Of a DNA stretch of 64,000 nucleotides, positions 50,879 to 64,000 are shown piece by piece. This DNA comes from Antedon mediterranea (Eukaryota; Animalia; Echinodermata), in contig NC_092670.1 of assembly GCF_964355755.1 (NCBI RefSeq), positions 25,282,795-25,346,794 on the forward strand, in the 5' to 3' direction. Each line of letters begins with the position of its first letter. Within the stretch, counting starts at the first letter, position 1. Position numbers and translations under genes: made by a program. The notes below the pieces were generated by a model. That model was not told where the DNA came from. It did no database searches and was given only the letters and a program-made list of their open reading frames with translations.

Positions 50879-53800
50879 ATGGCTTTGTCGCGGAAAAAGA
50901 GTTACATCCACATCCCCAGTCTAAAGCCATTTATTGGGCTGACGATACACGAAATGTTGGAAGAGAGAGTGAAGAAAAATCCGGACAGAGAAATGCTTGT
51001 TTTTGTCGGCGATAATGAACGAGTTACTTTTGCTGAATTTAAGAAAAGGGTAAGCAACTGTTTAATGTACATTGGGCTACTAAGATCTACGGATTGTTAA
51101 CAAACAACAATTTCTACTTTTTGTTTTAAAACAGTGCAGTATCATTTATGTCGTATTCGATTGGGAACTTTCGTTGTCAACATAAAGATTCATTGAGTAC
51201 TTTTTGTATTCGAATTGTAAAACAGATTGTGCTCAAATAGAAAATCATTCGAATAGAAAACGTTAACAACGCAAGCTTTTTCGTTAATAACAATCTCAAC
51301 CAAAAAAACTCCGTTAAATAAGTACTCAACGGAACAAGGCAATATACATGGCTGCAGTCGCGTGCTTAGGTTAGTGTTTACCGACCAACCGACCGACATA
51401 GTGCGCTGTAGAGTCGCGTTGCACGCGACTAAAAAGTGTAGGCCTACTCAGCGGTAAAGAGTCCCAATCAAATACGACAATTGTATGATAGATGTGCCTA
51501 AAATTAAATCAAATTAACAAGTGGTGGCCAATGAATAAGCACTGCAGCGTTTCAATGGAGCGCATAGAGCGTGACTCGTCATTTCCGTTTAGTGAAGTGC
51601 ATAGGTCGACTAAATCTGAAATATTTCTATTTCTTTCATTCTTATTTCAGGTAGTAGACTTAGCAGCCGGGTTCCTACTCAAACTTGGTCTTCGTCGTGG
51701 TGATCGTATAGCTGTTATAGGTGCTAACCACGTAGAATGGCCACTTATAACGGGTGCAGCGAGAGCTATAGGCGTATGTGTGGTAGGTACCATAGCTATG
51801 GTATATAGACTAACGATAAATTTACTATGGGCCTAATTTTAAACCGTGAAATATTTATTCTTAAAATAAAATGTATCTATTTTTTTCTTCAGGTTAATCT
51901 GCTAATTGGTCATACTCCTCAAATTTTTAAGAATATAATGACACAGGTATGTCATAAGTACCATCGTATCTTATTATTCTCTTTTTTAAAACAATATAAT
52001 AATGAATCAAATTTACACTTTGCTAACAAGTTATGGAATAGGCAAGGAGCGCCCAATGTAGAACACAAAAACCCGTATTATATATTTTAGAATAGGAGGA
52101 TGCATACATCTTCATTAAAACTATATTGCAGTCGGTGTCAAAAGCTTGTTGGCACAAACAAGGTAGATAATTGTAATGTAATAGTACAACATGATGACTA
52201 AATATGTTCTGATATAATTCCTTTCATCTATTATGGTTATATAAATATCCACCAACATGTATTATATTAACAGGTATCTTGCAAAGCGCTGTTCATAACT
52301 CGTAGCCCGGACACACTTTACCCGATGGTTTGTGAAATGATTCCAGAGTTAAGTGAAAGTAATCCAGGTGACCTGAATTCAAAACAGTGAGTATAATAAC
52401 AAAATAATGTAAATATTATGTAAATAGCTTCTACATTAGACTACAAACCACAAATGTTCATATGCCTATATACCGTACATACTCTTAAATATACTTGTAT
52501 ACTGGTCTCTATAGGTTCTCCAACTTAAAGAAGATCATAGCCGCTGGTTCAAATTGTAAAAGGTAAACAATATTTATTTACGTACTATATTACATTCCTA
52601 ACACCCGAGTAAATAAAATATATATATATAGTGTATATATATATATATTGTCAATAAAATATATCTATAGAGCCTCATTATATTTTTTTTTTCAGTGGAA
52701 CGTTGAATCTCGATGATATATCTGTTTCTGGATGTGAGGAAGAAGTAGCAAAAGCGGCCAAGAAAGTCACAATTGATGACGTCAGCCATTTCAATATGAC
52801 ATCGGTACAGTCATATTATGATGGATTCAACCAAACGCTTCGAAATTTCTTAAGATTCACAAAGTCTTAAGACAAAAATAACTAATTTGAGAATCTTAAG
52901 TTGAGGTTGAACAAAGTTTTAACCGATAATCTGATTTTATGATCTATATGTTTTTTTTAACAACAGGGCACAACTGGATCACCAAAGTTAGCAACGTTTA
53001 CGCATTTCCTGACACTCAATGACAATATATTTGTACCAGATCAATTTGACGAGAAACAAGTAAGTTAACATTTGTCGTATTCGATTGGGAACTTTCGTTT
53101 TCAACGTAAAGATTCGTTGAGTACTTTTTGTATTCGAATTGTAAATTTGTGCTCAACAGAAAGTCATTCGAATAGAAAACGTTGACAACGAAAGCTTTTT
53201 CGTTAAGAACAATCTCAACGCTCAAAATACTCCGTTAAAGAAGTACTCAACGGAAAAACTGTACTCAACGGTGAAAGTCTAAATCGAATACGACAATTGA
53301 TATATCTACACGTGAGTACGATACTGCGATTGTCACGTGACCAACTGTGCGAAGAAAAAGTTTATGGTTTTATATGTTGCTGTATACTGTAGGGATCTAT
53401 GAGTAACATGGATGGAGGAGAAGAAAAAAAGAGGATGATGATGATGATAAAAACTAAAATATTGATTATTACAACTAAAGCATTAATGATGATTATTGAG
53501 TAAGATTATTTTTATACTAGATAAATAAATTTGCATGCATCAGCAACATGGCATACGTTGGAGCAACGCAATTTAGTCAAGTAGCACCACTTCTGTTCGG
53601 TACAACTTCAGTGTTTCCTTCACCAACCTACACATTTGAAAAGTTTCTTCAGGCCGTCGAAGCAGAAAGGTAAATTTAGTCCCCAATGTAAATCTACGCA
53701 CAAGTGAAAAAGACCGTACAGACAATTTTTTAATCTGAAGTTGCCCCGTGCGCGTGCCCATGGGTGTCACGAATAGTCTGCTTCTACGAATTCTTAAAAA

Positions 53801-56561
53801 AAAAAAAAATTATGATGTGATATTCTTTATCAGATGCAACTCATTCTTGTTGATGATTGATGGTGCGGTCAATCTTGCCTATAATCCTATTTGTGACAAG
53901 TACGACCTGTCTTCATTAAAATCAGGTAGGCCTAAATAATATACAGCATAACTACGTACATCTGTAAAATATTAATGAATAAAAATCGTTCGATTGGTGG
54001 TTTCGCACACCAAAACGCAATCTGCACGGCTGGTGGCTCAAACACGCACACACTCGCTTACAGTTGACCAAATATCTTATTATTTTTTAAACTAAAGGTA
54101 TAACAGGTGGTTCGCCCATTCCACCAGGTGTAGTTTTCGAGTTGAACAGAAAGCGTGGAATTCGTCTGTTGGTACGTACTTTATATGCTGCTATGAACGT
54201 CACTGATGACTTGAAAGCAAGCGTTGCATAACAAAAGTCTGTTTTTCTTTTGACACCAGAATGCTTATGGGGCTACAGAAGCAACCACAGTCAGCTCGAC
54301 GATAGTCGAGGATGGTCCAGATGTTTGGAATACAACAGGCCGCCCTGTACCAAACACCGAAGTAAGGCCAAGTCTTGATCTTATATTTTTCCGAACAGAG
54401 TGGTTCGTCCCATTACTGTAATGTACGCCGACAATATTTTTAAAAAATCTATTTTTTGCAGCTTCAAATAGTTGATGAAGAAGGATGTCCCGTAGAAGTG
54501 GGGGAAACAGGAGAGGTTTGGGTACGAAGTCCGGTTGCGTTCGGGGGTTACTATGGTGATATTGAGAAAACAAAGCAGGCAATCACTGAAAACGGATGGA
54601 TTAAAATGGGGTACTATCACAACTTGTAAATTTACTTAATATTGAATAAATTATAAATCAATTAAAATTTGACCGAATGTAGTCTAATATGTGAATACTT
54701 AGGTAGCACATTTTTCTAAATTATATTTTTTAGAGATGTTGGTAAGCTAAGTGCAGATGGCTATCTGACAATAGTTGGTCGAATTAAGGTAATCGAATTA
54801 AATAACTGCAAACAAGGTACTATACTGGAAATGGATTATCACTCTCAGTTTAAGCGAATTTTGTAATTGATCTCAGACAGTACCTTGTAGAACCCATTGG
54901 AAAAAGTGTTTAAACGTTGTTTTACTTTTTGATCGAATAAAGTCAATCACTCAATGCACTTTATTTTTAGGACATAATTATCAGAAAAGGTTTTAATATC
55001 CATCCATCAGAAGTGGAGAGTTTAGTAATAACTCATTCAGCCGTAAACAGGGCGCAGGTACAGTATATTTCATAAACTTTTCTATTTGTACTGTACTATG
55101 CCTTTTGCACATACGCAGTTTGGCGAATAAAGACGTTTAATTAAATTTCGCAAAAAGCACTGAATAGTTTTATTACATTAACCGAATTCAGAAAAAAACC
55201 TCCACGCTCAAATACATTGAAGACAAATGTCAATCTTTCAGGTTTTATCAATTCCAGATTACAGAGTCGGTGAAGATGTATGTGTATGTGTTACGTAAGT
55301 ATTATTTTCATATACCAAAATTAAAATTATTTTATACAATAAAGAATCTCAATAAGCGTTTTCAATAAATCATTAATTCATCATCATTATCTTAAATCGC
55401 CACTGTACGTTTTTCAGCAAGCATGTGTATAGGTCCAAATGTGAAAAGTAATGTTCCCTTATTCATGTTTGCCATCCATGTTGTTTTTAAGTTCGCTTTT
55501 GGTCTTTCGCTGAGCGATCTTAGCTAGTGAGTTTCATTAATCGGACCATATGACCAAACCATGTCCGCCTTCTTTTCTTTACATCCTTAACCCACTCAAC
55601 ATGTGAAAAGTTATGTTCTCTTATTAATGTTTGCCATCCATGTTGTTTTCGCTTTTGGTTTTTCGCTGAACGATCTTAGCTGGTAAGTTAAGTTTTCATT
55701 TAATCGGAGCATATGACCAAACCATGTCGGCCTTCTTTTCTCTACATCCTTAACCCACTCAACATGTGAAAAGTAATGTTCTCTTATTCATGTTTGCCAT
55801 CCATGTTGTTTTCGCTTTCGGTCTTTCGCTGAGCGATCTTAGCTGGTAAGTTTTCATTTAATCGGAGCATTATGACCAAACCATGTCAGCCTTCATTTCT
55901 TTACATCCTTAACCCACTCAATCTCTCCTGTTCATTTATACAAATCGTCATTTTTTATTTTCACAGAATATTCAAAAGTCTTCTGAATAAAAGACAAGAT
56001 TAAATTTGTATATTATATGTGATAACATAATTTCATTTACCGTTTGTATTTTATTAAACTTTTTAATAACTAAACTACGTTGTATTATTTCAGTTTAAAT
56101 GAAGGTTGCAATGTCAGAGAAGAAGAATTGAAAACGTTCTTTGAGGAAAAGGTAATCATCCTATGTTGTCACATAACAAGCAAAATACATGATGGCTCAG
56201 ATTCTTGGAACATCCCATCATCCTTATTAAAATCCATCTTAAGTGTATAAAAAAACCAACGATATTTTCCATTGTACAATTGTTCACGATATTGGTTTTT
56301 TTTTTTCAGATGTCGGATTTAATCCAGCCGTCTTACTTTCTAATTTTCGACTCCTTCCCATCTGGCGCTACTGGAAAGGTATGTTATTATTAGACCACAA
56401 TCAGCCCATTGTTTTATCATTACTACAGTTATTGGCCTACTGTATGTAGAAGGAAAATGTAATTTTAAATCTATACGTATCATTTACAGGTGGATCGTAA
56501 GAAGCTCCAAGAGATGGCTATTGGTCGAATTAAATTACCAGAAACTCCTTATGCTGAATAA
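50879..56561 (+). CDS. ACSF2: ACSF2-like acyl-CoA synthetase (AMP-binding enzyme), copy 1, 559 aa, 18 coding exons
   Basis: Exons: 50879-51049, 51651-51782, 51893-51946, 52274-52386, 52515-52562, 52696-52804, 52967-53059, 53521-53669, 53834-53925, 54098-54171, 54260-54361, 54462-54610, 54734-54788, 54971-55057, 55242-55294, 56094-56151, 56310-56378, 56490-56561 (1680 nt). Motifs: TSGTTGSPK, YGATE, GYYG, GWIKMGDVG, GRIKDIIIRKGFNIHPSEVE, TGKVDR. The symbol denotes the subfamily; orthology is not established. Confidence 0.9.
51149..51479. mobile_element. MITE (TIR TGTCGTATTCGATT) with a nested ~100-bp HINE-like insert
   Basis: Matches 53073-53295 apart from an insert at ~51335-51435 that ends in the hairpin AGTCGCGTTGCACGCGACT + AAAAA. 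Confidence 0.75.
53073..53295. mobile_element. MITE (TIR TGTCGTATTCGATT), uninterrupted copy
   Basis: Inverted ends TGTCGTATTCGATT / AATCGAATACGACA; internal sequence shared with the intron 1 copy. Confidence 0.8.
55438..55921. repeat. Three tandem ~160-bp units in ACSF2-like copy 1 intron 15
   Basis: ATGTGAAAAGT..TTTGCCATCCATGTTGTTTT..ACATCCTTAACCCACTCAA repeated three times. Confidence 0.92.
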
Positions 56562-57553
56562 AGTAAATGTAAAGTTGCATGATGATCAAAACAACCATAG
56601 TAATTTATTATAGCATTATCAAACATACAATTAACTTTAAAAACTTTATTTAGTAGTGTAGATTAAGTCTTATGTAGTATCCAAGCATACGGTAATTTCA
56701 GTCAAAGTGTATGCTGGTATTTTAATTTAGATTACCTTGGCACAACCAAGCTTCGAAAAATAATAGACAACTATCAGTTACCCGTCCAATTTATGGGCAC
56801 CATCTTATATTGATTGTAAGGTTCGGAAATCAAAAAGATAGTACAGTAATTATAGCACAATCAGGTTAACTGTTCCCTAGTAGGATGCAGAATATACAAA
56901 TTAATCTGTAAACGGATGTATAGCATTATACAGCATTTATATTAGAAAGATCAATAGACATACTGTGTTCTTTATATTTCAGTGTCTCTTTTCACGAACG
57001 CATACATTAAAAGAAATTGGCCTAAAAAACACGTTTTTTGTACAAATTCCCCGTTCTAACTAATTGGTATAGGGGAATACAAAGGTGCCCCAGCTCGAAC
57101 TACGCTAGTATCGAACTTGCGGTTTAAGAGGAGATAGAGGAATGATTGGTAATGATTATGGGTAACAGAAACAAAATATTGAAAAAAATAGTGATCATAT
57201 CAATAAATTATTACGTCATATGCAGACAAAATATTTTTCACTATTTTGACGTCATCAAACCTTTCACAGCCTAGTTCCACATAATGTCCGAAAAACAAAA
57301 CAATATCGATGTCATTGCATTTCAATTCTAAAACAGAAATGATATAAAACGATTTATTATGCTATTTTGGGCGAATGCATATATAGTAATAAATGTTTAT
57401 GGGAAAAAAAATGTGACCAAACACATCGATGATTATTTATTAATACAATATATGCTGGTTTTCAATTACCGTATATCGTATTGTAAAATTGTGTATAGTT
57501 CTATTAGTTTAGTTTAGTGAAATTAAACGTTCGTAAGCTGCCTAGACTCTACA

Positions 57554-60500
57554 ATGGCCTTGTCGCAAAATAAGAGCTACGTCCACATCCCAAGTCTGAA
57601 GCCCTTTATTGGGCTGACGATGCACGAAATGTTGGAAGAGAGAGTGAAGAAAAATCCGGACAGAGAAATGCTTGTTTTTGTCAGCGATAATGAAAGAGCT
57701 ACGTTTGCTGAATACAAGAAAAGGGTGAGCAACTGTTTCTAAAACTTACTTTAAACGCAAACACAACAACGTAGGCACAATAGAAGTAAGCTGGCCAATT
57801 ACAAGCGACAGTTCTGATGATATTTATTTTATTTATTTTTGTATTTCTTCAAAACCAACAGCAACGAAAGTTGCCACTTAAAGGTATGAAACATAAAACA
57901 GATACATTAAATACTCTAAATGAAGCAAACTAAATAAATAAGTCAATAGAAAAAAATAGCCTATTACGCGTCGTGCTTCAATTGCGTCGCGCTAAACGCC
58001 CTTACCAAGCTGCATAATGTACATTAATGAAAATAGTATTATCTCCAATAATACCGAATATTAGACTAAGAAAACAAATGAAAAAATAAAATGTTGTAGG
58101 TATTTCGTGTTAAAAGCGAATAAACATGTGTTTTAGGGTAATTTTGGGGTGCTGAATTCAAATTTGCTTTTTACCCGGTTCAATTTTTAGATCTTCACCC
58201 TTAAAATGTGAAAAACAAAAATGGCCGCCATTTCAGATTGTTTTGGCTTATAACTTGACTTGGTGTCTATACCTATGTTTGTGATTTTGATTCCAAATAT
58301 ATTGTTATTAAAGTTGCAAATATTCTATTTCAGCCGCCTTGTTGAAATCTAAGATGGCCGCCATTTAACTTGACTTTTAAGTAACATAGCAAGTTAAAAA
58401 TGGTTTCTATACCTATAGTCCAGTAAAAGTATGGTTGATAATAGAACAAATTGCAACAGAATTTTTTTTGTTTTGTCTGGTTGATATGGTCCAAATTAAC
58501 ATCATATCCAAAGTTTACCAAAATCGGACATCGGGAAGTAAGTTAATTAGCATAAATTAAAAATGGCCGCTATTTACCATTTTGAAGCCCTGTATATAAT
58601 CTCCTTAACGGTTGGTTTTACGTATAGACCACCTACTGTAAGTGCATTACTAGTAGTTATGAATGTGATTGTAAGTGCATTACTAGTAGTTATAAATGTG
58701 ATATTAAACTTCCCAATTAGGATATTTTAATTGTCATATGACGTAACTGTGACGCCATAAAGTAGTTGTGACGTAATATATTATATTATAAATGCTTAAA
58801 TGACATTATCCTATTCTAAAAAATGTAGAAACATTTTTCTGTTGAAATGAACATCATATCCAAAGTTTACCAAAATCGGACATCAAGAAGGGCGTTATTT
58901 AGCATAAATTCAAAATGGCTGCTATTTACTGAGTACCATTTTGAAGCTCCTATCTCCTTAACAAATCCACAGTACATAGATAAAAATTGTAGTCGTTGGC
59001 GCCGTCAAAATACTTATGGAAACTTTCAAAGCTAAAATGTTTTTCTTTGCCAGGAATTAAAGCTATTCAAAAGTTTCACCGTATAGGCACAGCAAATCTA
59101 CTTCACTGGCTTTTCTGATGTTTTGTTAATGTTGGACAGAACAGAAGATGCATGTTTTGAATTCATTCTTAATTCACCCTTTGTTTCTTGCAAGTACAGA
59201 TCGTTTCTCATTCGAAATGCCATTGAAGATGTTGCAATTTGCTCCCCAATGTTTTCTTTAACTACAGATTTGTCCACTATATTATCATTATTGAAATGTT
59301 TGTAATTTTGACCGCCAAAGGCACACGTTAAAGACAACGTGTTGAATGTCTGCCTCTTCAATCTAACAGATTAATTCATATCTCATTTTGGAAAGATAGA
59401 AAGAGTCGTTTAAAATTATAATCTGATAATATGAACACTTCTTTTAGGTAGTAGACTTAGCAGCCGGGTTCTTGCTCAAACTTGGTCTTCGTCGTGGTGA
59501 TCGTATAGCTGTTATAGGTGCTAACCACATAGAATGGCCACTTATAGCAGGTGCAGCGAAAGCTATAGGCGTCGGTGTGGTAGGTATACCCTTCACATAT
59601 TTTAATGAATCAAATGATCAATTTTGATACTGATATTAATTTAGTATCTGTTTTCACAATTCCGTGACAATCCGATATATTTCTGTATAATACATTATTA
59701 TTTTTTAATTTTTTTCAGGCTTACCTACTAATTGGTCATACTCTTCAAACTTTAACGAAAGTAATGTCACAGGTATAACATTTATAATGTTCCATTCATT
59801 TACCAATTTACGTATGTTCACCATACCCGTAATACACATCCATAAACTATTTTACTAACATATTCACTTGTAAGGTGCCTCTATTTCGTTTTCCGTTTTG
59901 TTTTCAGTGGATTTTTATATGGAAATTATTTTCTGAAATAATGTTGATGATCATATTATTTACAGGTATCGTGCAAAGCGCTGTTCATAACACGTAGCCC
60001 GGACACACTTTACTCAATGGCTTGTGAAATGATTCCAGAGTTAAGTGAAAGCATTCCAGGTGACCTGAATTCAAAACAGTGAGTAATACAATTGGAATAT
60101 ATTTGTATACACACTGTATTTCGAACCATTAATTATTACTATATTTAGACTAGTTTCACAGTATTGTTTATATACTGTTTCATATGATTTCTCTAGGTTC
60201 CCTTACTTGAAAAAAGTAATAGGTGCCGGTTCAAATTATAAAAGGTAAGTACTTCATAGGCCTTTTGTAACAAAAAGTAAGTGAACCTTTGGTTGTTTAG
60301 GCCTAATTTGAAATTAATTAAAGTCATTTTGCTCTTCTGTTTTATTTTCAGTGGAATGTTGAATTTCGATGATTTATCTGTTTCTGGATGTGAGGAAGAA
60401 GTAGCAAAAGTGGCTAAGAAAGTTACAATTAATGACGTCAGCCATTTTACCATGACAACGGTACAAAATATAGGCCTGATTACATAATTTAAAAAAAATT

Positions 60501-63500
60501 TAATATATTGCACATCTAGGTTAATGTGTGATAGTATACAGATATTGCCTGCTTATAAGTTAAATATAAGATTTGACATCCCCGGCGGAGGAAATTTCAT
60601 TCTCCGAGGGATGTCAAATCTTATATCTTACCGATATAAAAGGCGATATCTGTTATATTATATAGCCAACAACAAGTTGAATATCTACTGGGTCGGGTAG
60701 CTACTAGTACTAGGCCTCATTTATGTAATAAGCCTGCCTAGTTAGGCGTTGCATTCACCTTACCTTGCGAAGAATAATATACATATAATTACTAATTAAT
60801 GATTCCTTGGCAATAAAATATTCACTTAGGCCTAGGTCGTTTAAATTAACAGAACATTTTCCATCAATAAGCCTACATTGATATATAATAATAATATTAT
60901 TATCAGGTAGGTCGAATAAATAATAATTCGTCTTCTTCGAGGAGCCTAATCGTCGGATTTTCAGCGCACCGTGCGTACCAGGTTACGAGAGTGTTGACAC
61001 ACGAAAATTACACAGTCAATATCATCGTACTCGAAAATTTACTGGATTTTATATCATGTTGAATGACAGAGGGACGCGAAAATTACCCAGTAAATATCAT
61101 CGTACTCGAGGATATATACGCAGCGGTATTCATGTGATGCAGTTTCAACCAATCACGTTCACGTATTTACATAAGCTAGGTAATATAATAGATTAGTACA
61201 CCGTCCATTCTATTAAGTTTAGTAAGCTATGGTCTTTCCACAATTTTTCTACAACAGGGCACAACTGGATCACCGAAATTGGTACCGTACACTCATTTCC
61301 TGGCACTCAATGGGAATTTCTTTCTACGAGATCAATTTGATGAAATGCAAGTAGGTTAAAACGTTTTATTTATTTAGCTTTCTAGAGAGATTGAGAGAGG
61401 GGCGGAGATGGTAGAGAAAAAGTTAAATAATTATGTATTTATATCTTCATTCTTTATTCATTAAAAACATTTAGAATTAACAAAGGATGTCATGTTCCAG
61501 GTCATCGCCTGTCTTTCAGGCAAATGCAGAAATAATAAGATACTCAATTAAACACAAACCACACTACGATAATAATAATAAACAAAAATGATTATAATAC
61601 TGTTATTAGTAGCATAAAGATAATTTGTTTTCTTCTAAAGATCAACAAGATAGCATTGGTCGGTAACATGGCCTACATTATGACAACTCAACTGAGTCAA
61701 GTAGGGCCACTTCTATTCGGTACAACTTCTGTATTTTGTTCACCAACTTACAACTTTGAAAAGTTTATTCAAGCTGTCGAAGCAGAGAGGTAAGGTAGTC
61801 TAAACTCCGGAACGGGACGGGTGATAATCGGCTTAACGGCGCATGTGCAGCTTATTTTTCAAAAATTGTGGGCGTTTCTTGCGTATATATTCTGAATCAT
61901 GTACTGTATTTCAATAAACGCTATTTTCAGAAGATGCACATTTTGTTCTTTTTAGATGCACCTTTTTGTCGTTGAGTATTGATGGTGTTATTAATCTTGT
62001 GTATAATCCTATTTGTGATAAGTACGACCTGTCTTCATTGAAATCAGGTAACGTTCAGTCACCATGAAAGGCAAATCTTATATATTTTGTTTATAGGCCT
62101 ATTTATTTAAAATAAGTTTGGGGAATAAGCCGCATTTTAAAAAAAATATTTTTTTTATAAAAGGTTTTGCCGGTGGATCGCCGATTCCACCAGCTGTTAT
62201 TTTCAAAATGAACGAAAAGCTTGGAATTCGCTTGTTGGTATGTACGACGTATTGAAATCGGGCGCTTGCTTAGCGTAACGAACGTCTGCGCATGCTTATA
62301 CACCATTTGAAATTTTGTGACAATACAAAAACGTTTTTTCGTTTCTCGCCAGAATTGTTATGGATCAACAGAAACAACGACCATCAGTTCATTGACACAC
62401 ACAGACAGTCGGAATGTTTGGAATACAACAGGACGTACCGTACCCAATACTGAAGTAAAGGCCCTACTTTTTTCAGATTATTTCATCCCCTATATTATAT
62501 TTCTAATTCACTGTAATATACACTGAAGCTATTTTAAATCCTACATGTTTAGATTCAAATAGTTGACGAAGAAGGACGTCCCGTAGAAGTGGGAGAAAAA
62601 GGAGAGATATGGTTACGAAGTCCGGTTGCGTTCAGAGGTTACTATGGTGATATTGAGAAAACAAAAGAGAAAATCACCGAAAACGGATGGATTAAAACGG
62701 GGTACTATCACAACTTTATATTTACTAAATTAGTATAAGAATGTACATACAAAGTCAAATAAAGTTAATATAATATAATTTGGGTCTAATAAATAAATGA
62801 CCAATTAAAGTAGTGAAGTTAAATGTAAATGGTGCTTTTTTCAGAGATCTTGGTAAGCTAAATGCAGATGGATACTTGACAATGGTTGGTCGAATTCAGG
62901 TATTGTTATCAACTTTATATGAAGCACTAATATAGCCTACAGTATTCAGTATAGGTGGATCAGAGACTCTTCCATTTATTTATTTATTCTGGATCTGCCT
63001 CTGTTTGTCAAGTATAATTTCCTAAAAATCTGCCGACAACAAGTAAAGGTTCTGACCTCAAAAGTAATATTTTTTATATCTTCATCCCTGACACTGAAAT
63101 ACAGATAAATATTTATGTATATACGATTACTTAAGCATGTTTCACTCGATCGCGATTAACATATTAAACTTACTGTTTTGCAGGACACAATTTTTAGATG
63201 TGGTTCCAATATCCATCCATCAGAAGTGGAAAATGTATTAATGTCTCATCCTGCCATAAAAAGTGCTCAGGTAAGTGCATAACATCATTGTGTTTCTTCC
63301 AATCTGTCTTCATTAGACTTGGTTCGCCACTAGCGACGCAACGCAAGCACGTAACGTATAAGTGATTATTCGAAAAGTGGCTTGGCATTGGTCAACTCGC
63401 CTGTGTTCCGTCTCTAGTGGGAACCACGCTTTAATTACGAGATTATTAATACAGCTCTTTGGAGAAAACGAACAAGTTCTATTTTCCCAACGAAATATCA

Positions 63501-63934
63501 TTTAAATGCATTGCATTTTCCTAACGTTGAAAGAAAATAGCGAGCATTTGAATAAGAATACTGTAATTAAAAATGCGTTTTTCATAATTCCGACAGGTTC
63601 TACCAATACCAGATTACAGGATCGGTGAAGATGTTTCTGCATGTGTTACGTAAGTTTGTTTTCATTTCTCCCAAAACTAAAAATAACGTATAAAACATTA
63701 TTTTCTTTCTCTCAAAAACAACATAAGGACTATTTGTGAATAGTAACAATAATAATGATGATATTTAAAGCAAAATGAAATAAAATAACTACCAGAAAAT
63801 TACATAAATGTTAATAACAAAATGTATTGATAATTTTATTGTTTTGAGAATTGTATATATTGATATGTTATTTTAGAATAAATGAAGGGTACACTGTCAC
63901 CGAAGGAGAACTGAAAACTTTCTTTGAGGGAAAG
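57554..63934 (+). CDS. ACSF2: ACSF2-like acyl-CoA synthetase, copy 2 (exons 1-16; the 3' end lies beyond the window)
   Basis: Exons: 57554-57724, 59448-59579, 59719-59772, 59966-60078, 60197-60244, 60352-60460, 61258-61350, 61641-61789, 61956-62047, 62164-62237, 62353-62454, 62553-62701, 62845-62899, 63184-63270, 63597-63649, 63877-63934. Each has the same length and phase as in copy 1 and the frame is open. Confidence 0.9.
58090..58965. mobile_element. Non-autonomous DNA transposon fragments with AAATGGCCGCC repeats
   Basis: Repeated AAAATGGCCGCC motifs; 58440-58590 matches 31290-31450 in inverted orientation. Confidence 0.55.
60515..61190 (-). mobile_element. Crypton-like non-autonomous element with a long palindrome
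   Basis: Hairpin ATATAAGATTTGACATCCC..GGGATGTCAAATCTTATAT (~60535-60655). The far end reads TATTATATTACC..TGATTGG..TCACATG on the minus strand, the same layout as 29438-30220. Confidence 0.4.
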
Positions 63935-64000
63935 GTAACAAACTTCAACTTATAAATAAACGTCGATTATTTTGTGAAAATACACCCGAGTGTATCCTTG

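Noticed and set aside
50879-63934. Firefly-type luciferase identity for the adenylating enzymes
   Set aside because: Same superfamily, but the N-terminus and motifs fit ACSF2, copy 1 has no peroxisomal SKL-type end, and nothing in the sequence indicates luciferase activity.

Overview
This is AT-rich, intron-rich metazoan genomic DNA; an invertebrate deuterostome such as an echinoderm is a guess from gene and repeat style, not provable here. Genes assembled by hand from GT-AG splice sites: (1) a cold-shock-domain CARHSP1/CSDC2-type gene (minus, 3544-8031, 129 aa); (2) two tandem intronless Ig-superfamily type I receptor paralogs (minus, 19055-20393 frameshifted and 21855-22793 intact) with a divergent distal V-like domain and Tyr-based tail motifs; (3) a 21-exon, ~885 aa double-BTB gene with a C-terminal UBA/HBS1_N-like domain (minus, 25115-47402), hosting a same-strand intronless class A GPCR (33612-34547) in intron 12; (4) two tandem ACSF2-like acyl-CoA synthetase genes (plus, 50879-56561 complete; 57554 to the window end). 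The rest is non-autonomous DNA transposons (Kolobok-, MULE-, Harbinger-, pogo-, Helentron- and Crypton-like, several nested), two different 5S rRNA-headed SINEs (one a 5S-tRNA-CORE composite), a decayed Penelope-like element and many minisatellites. Most short ORFs in the supplied track are repeat or intron noise. The best candidate for an undescribed system is the variable intronless Ig receptor pair.
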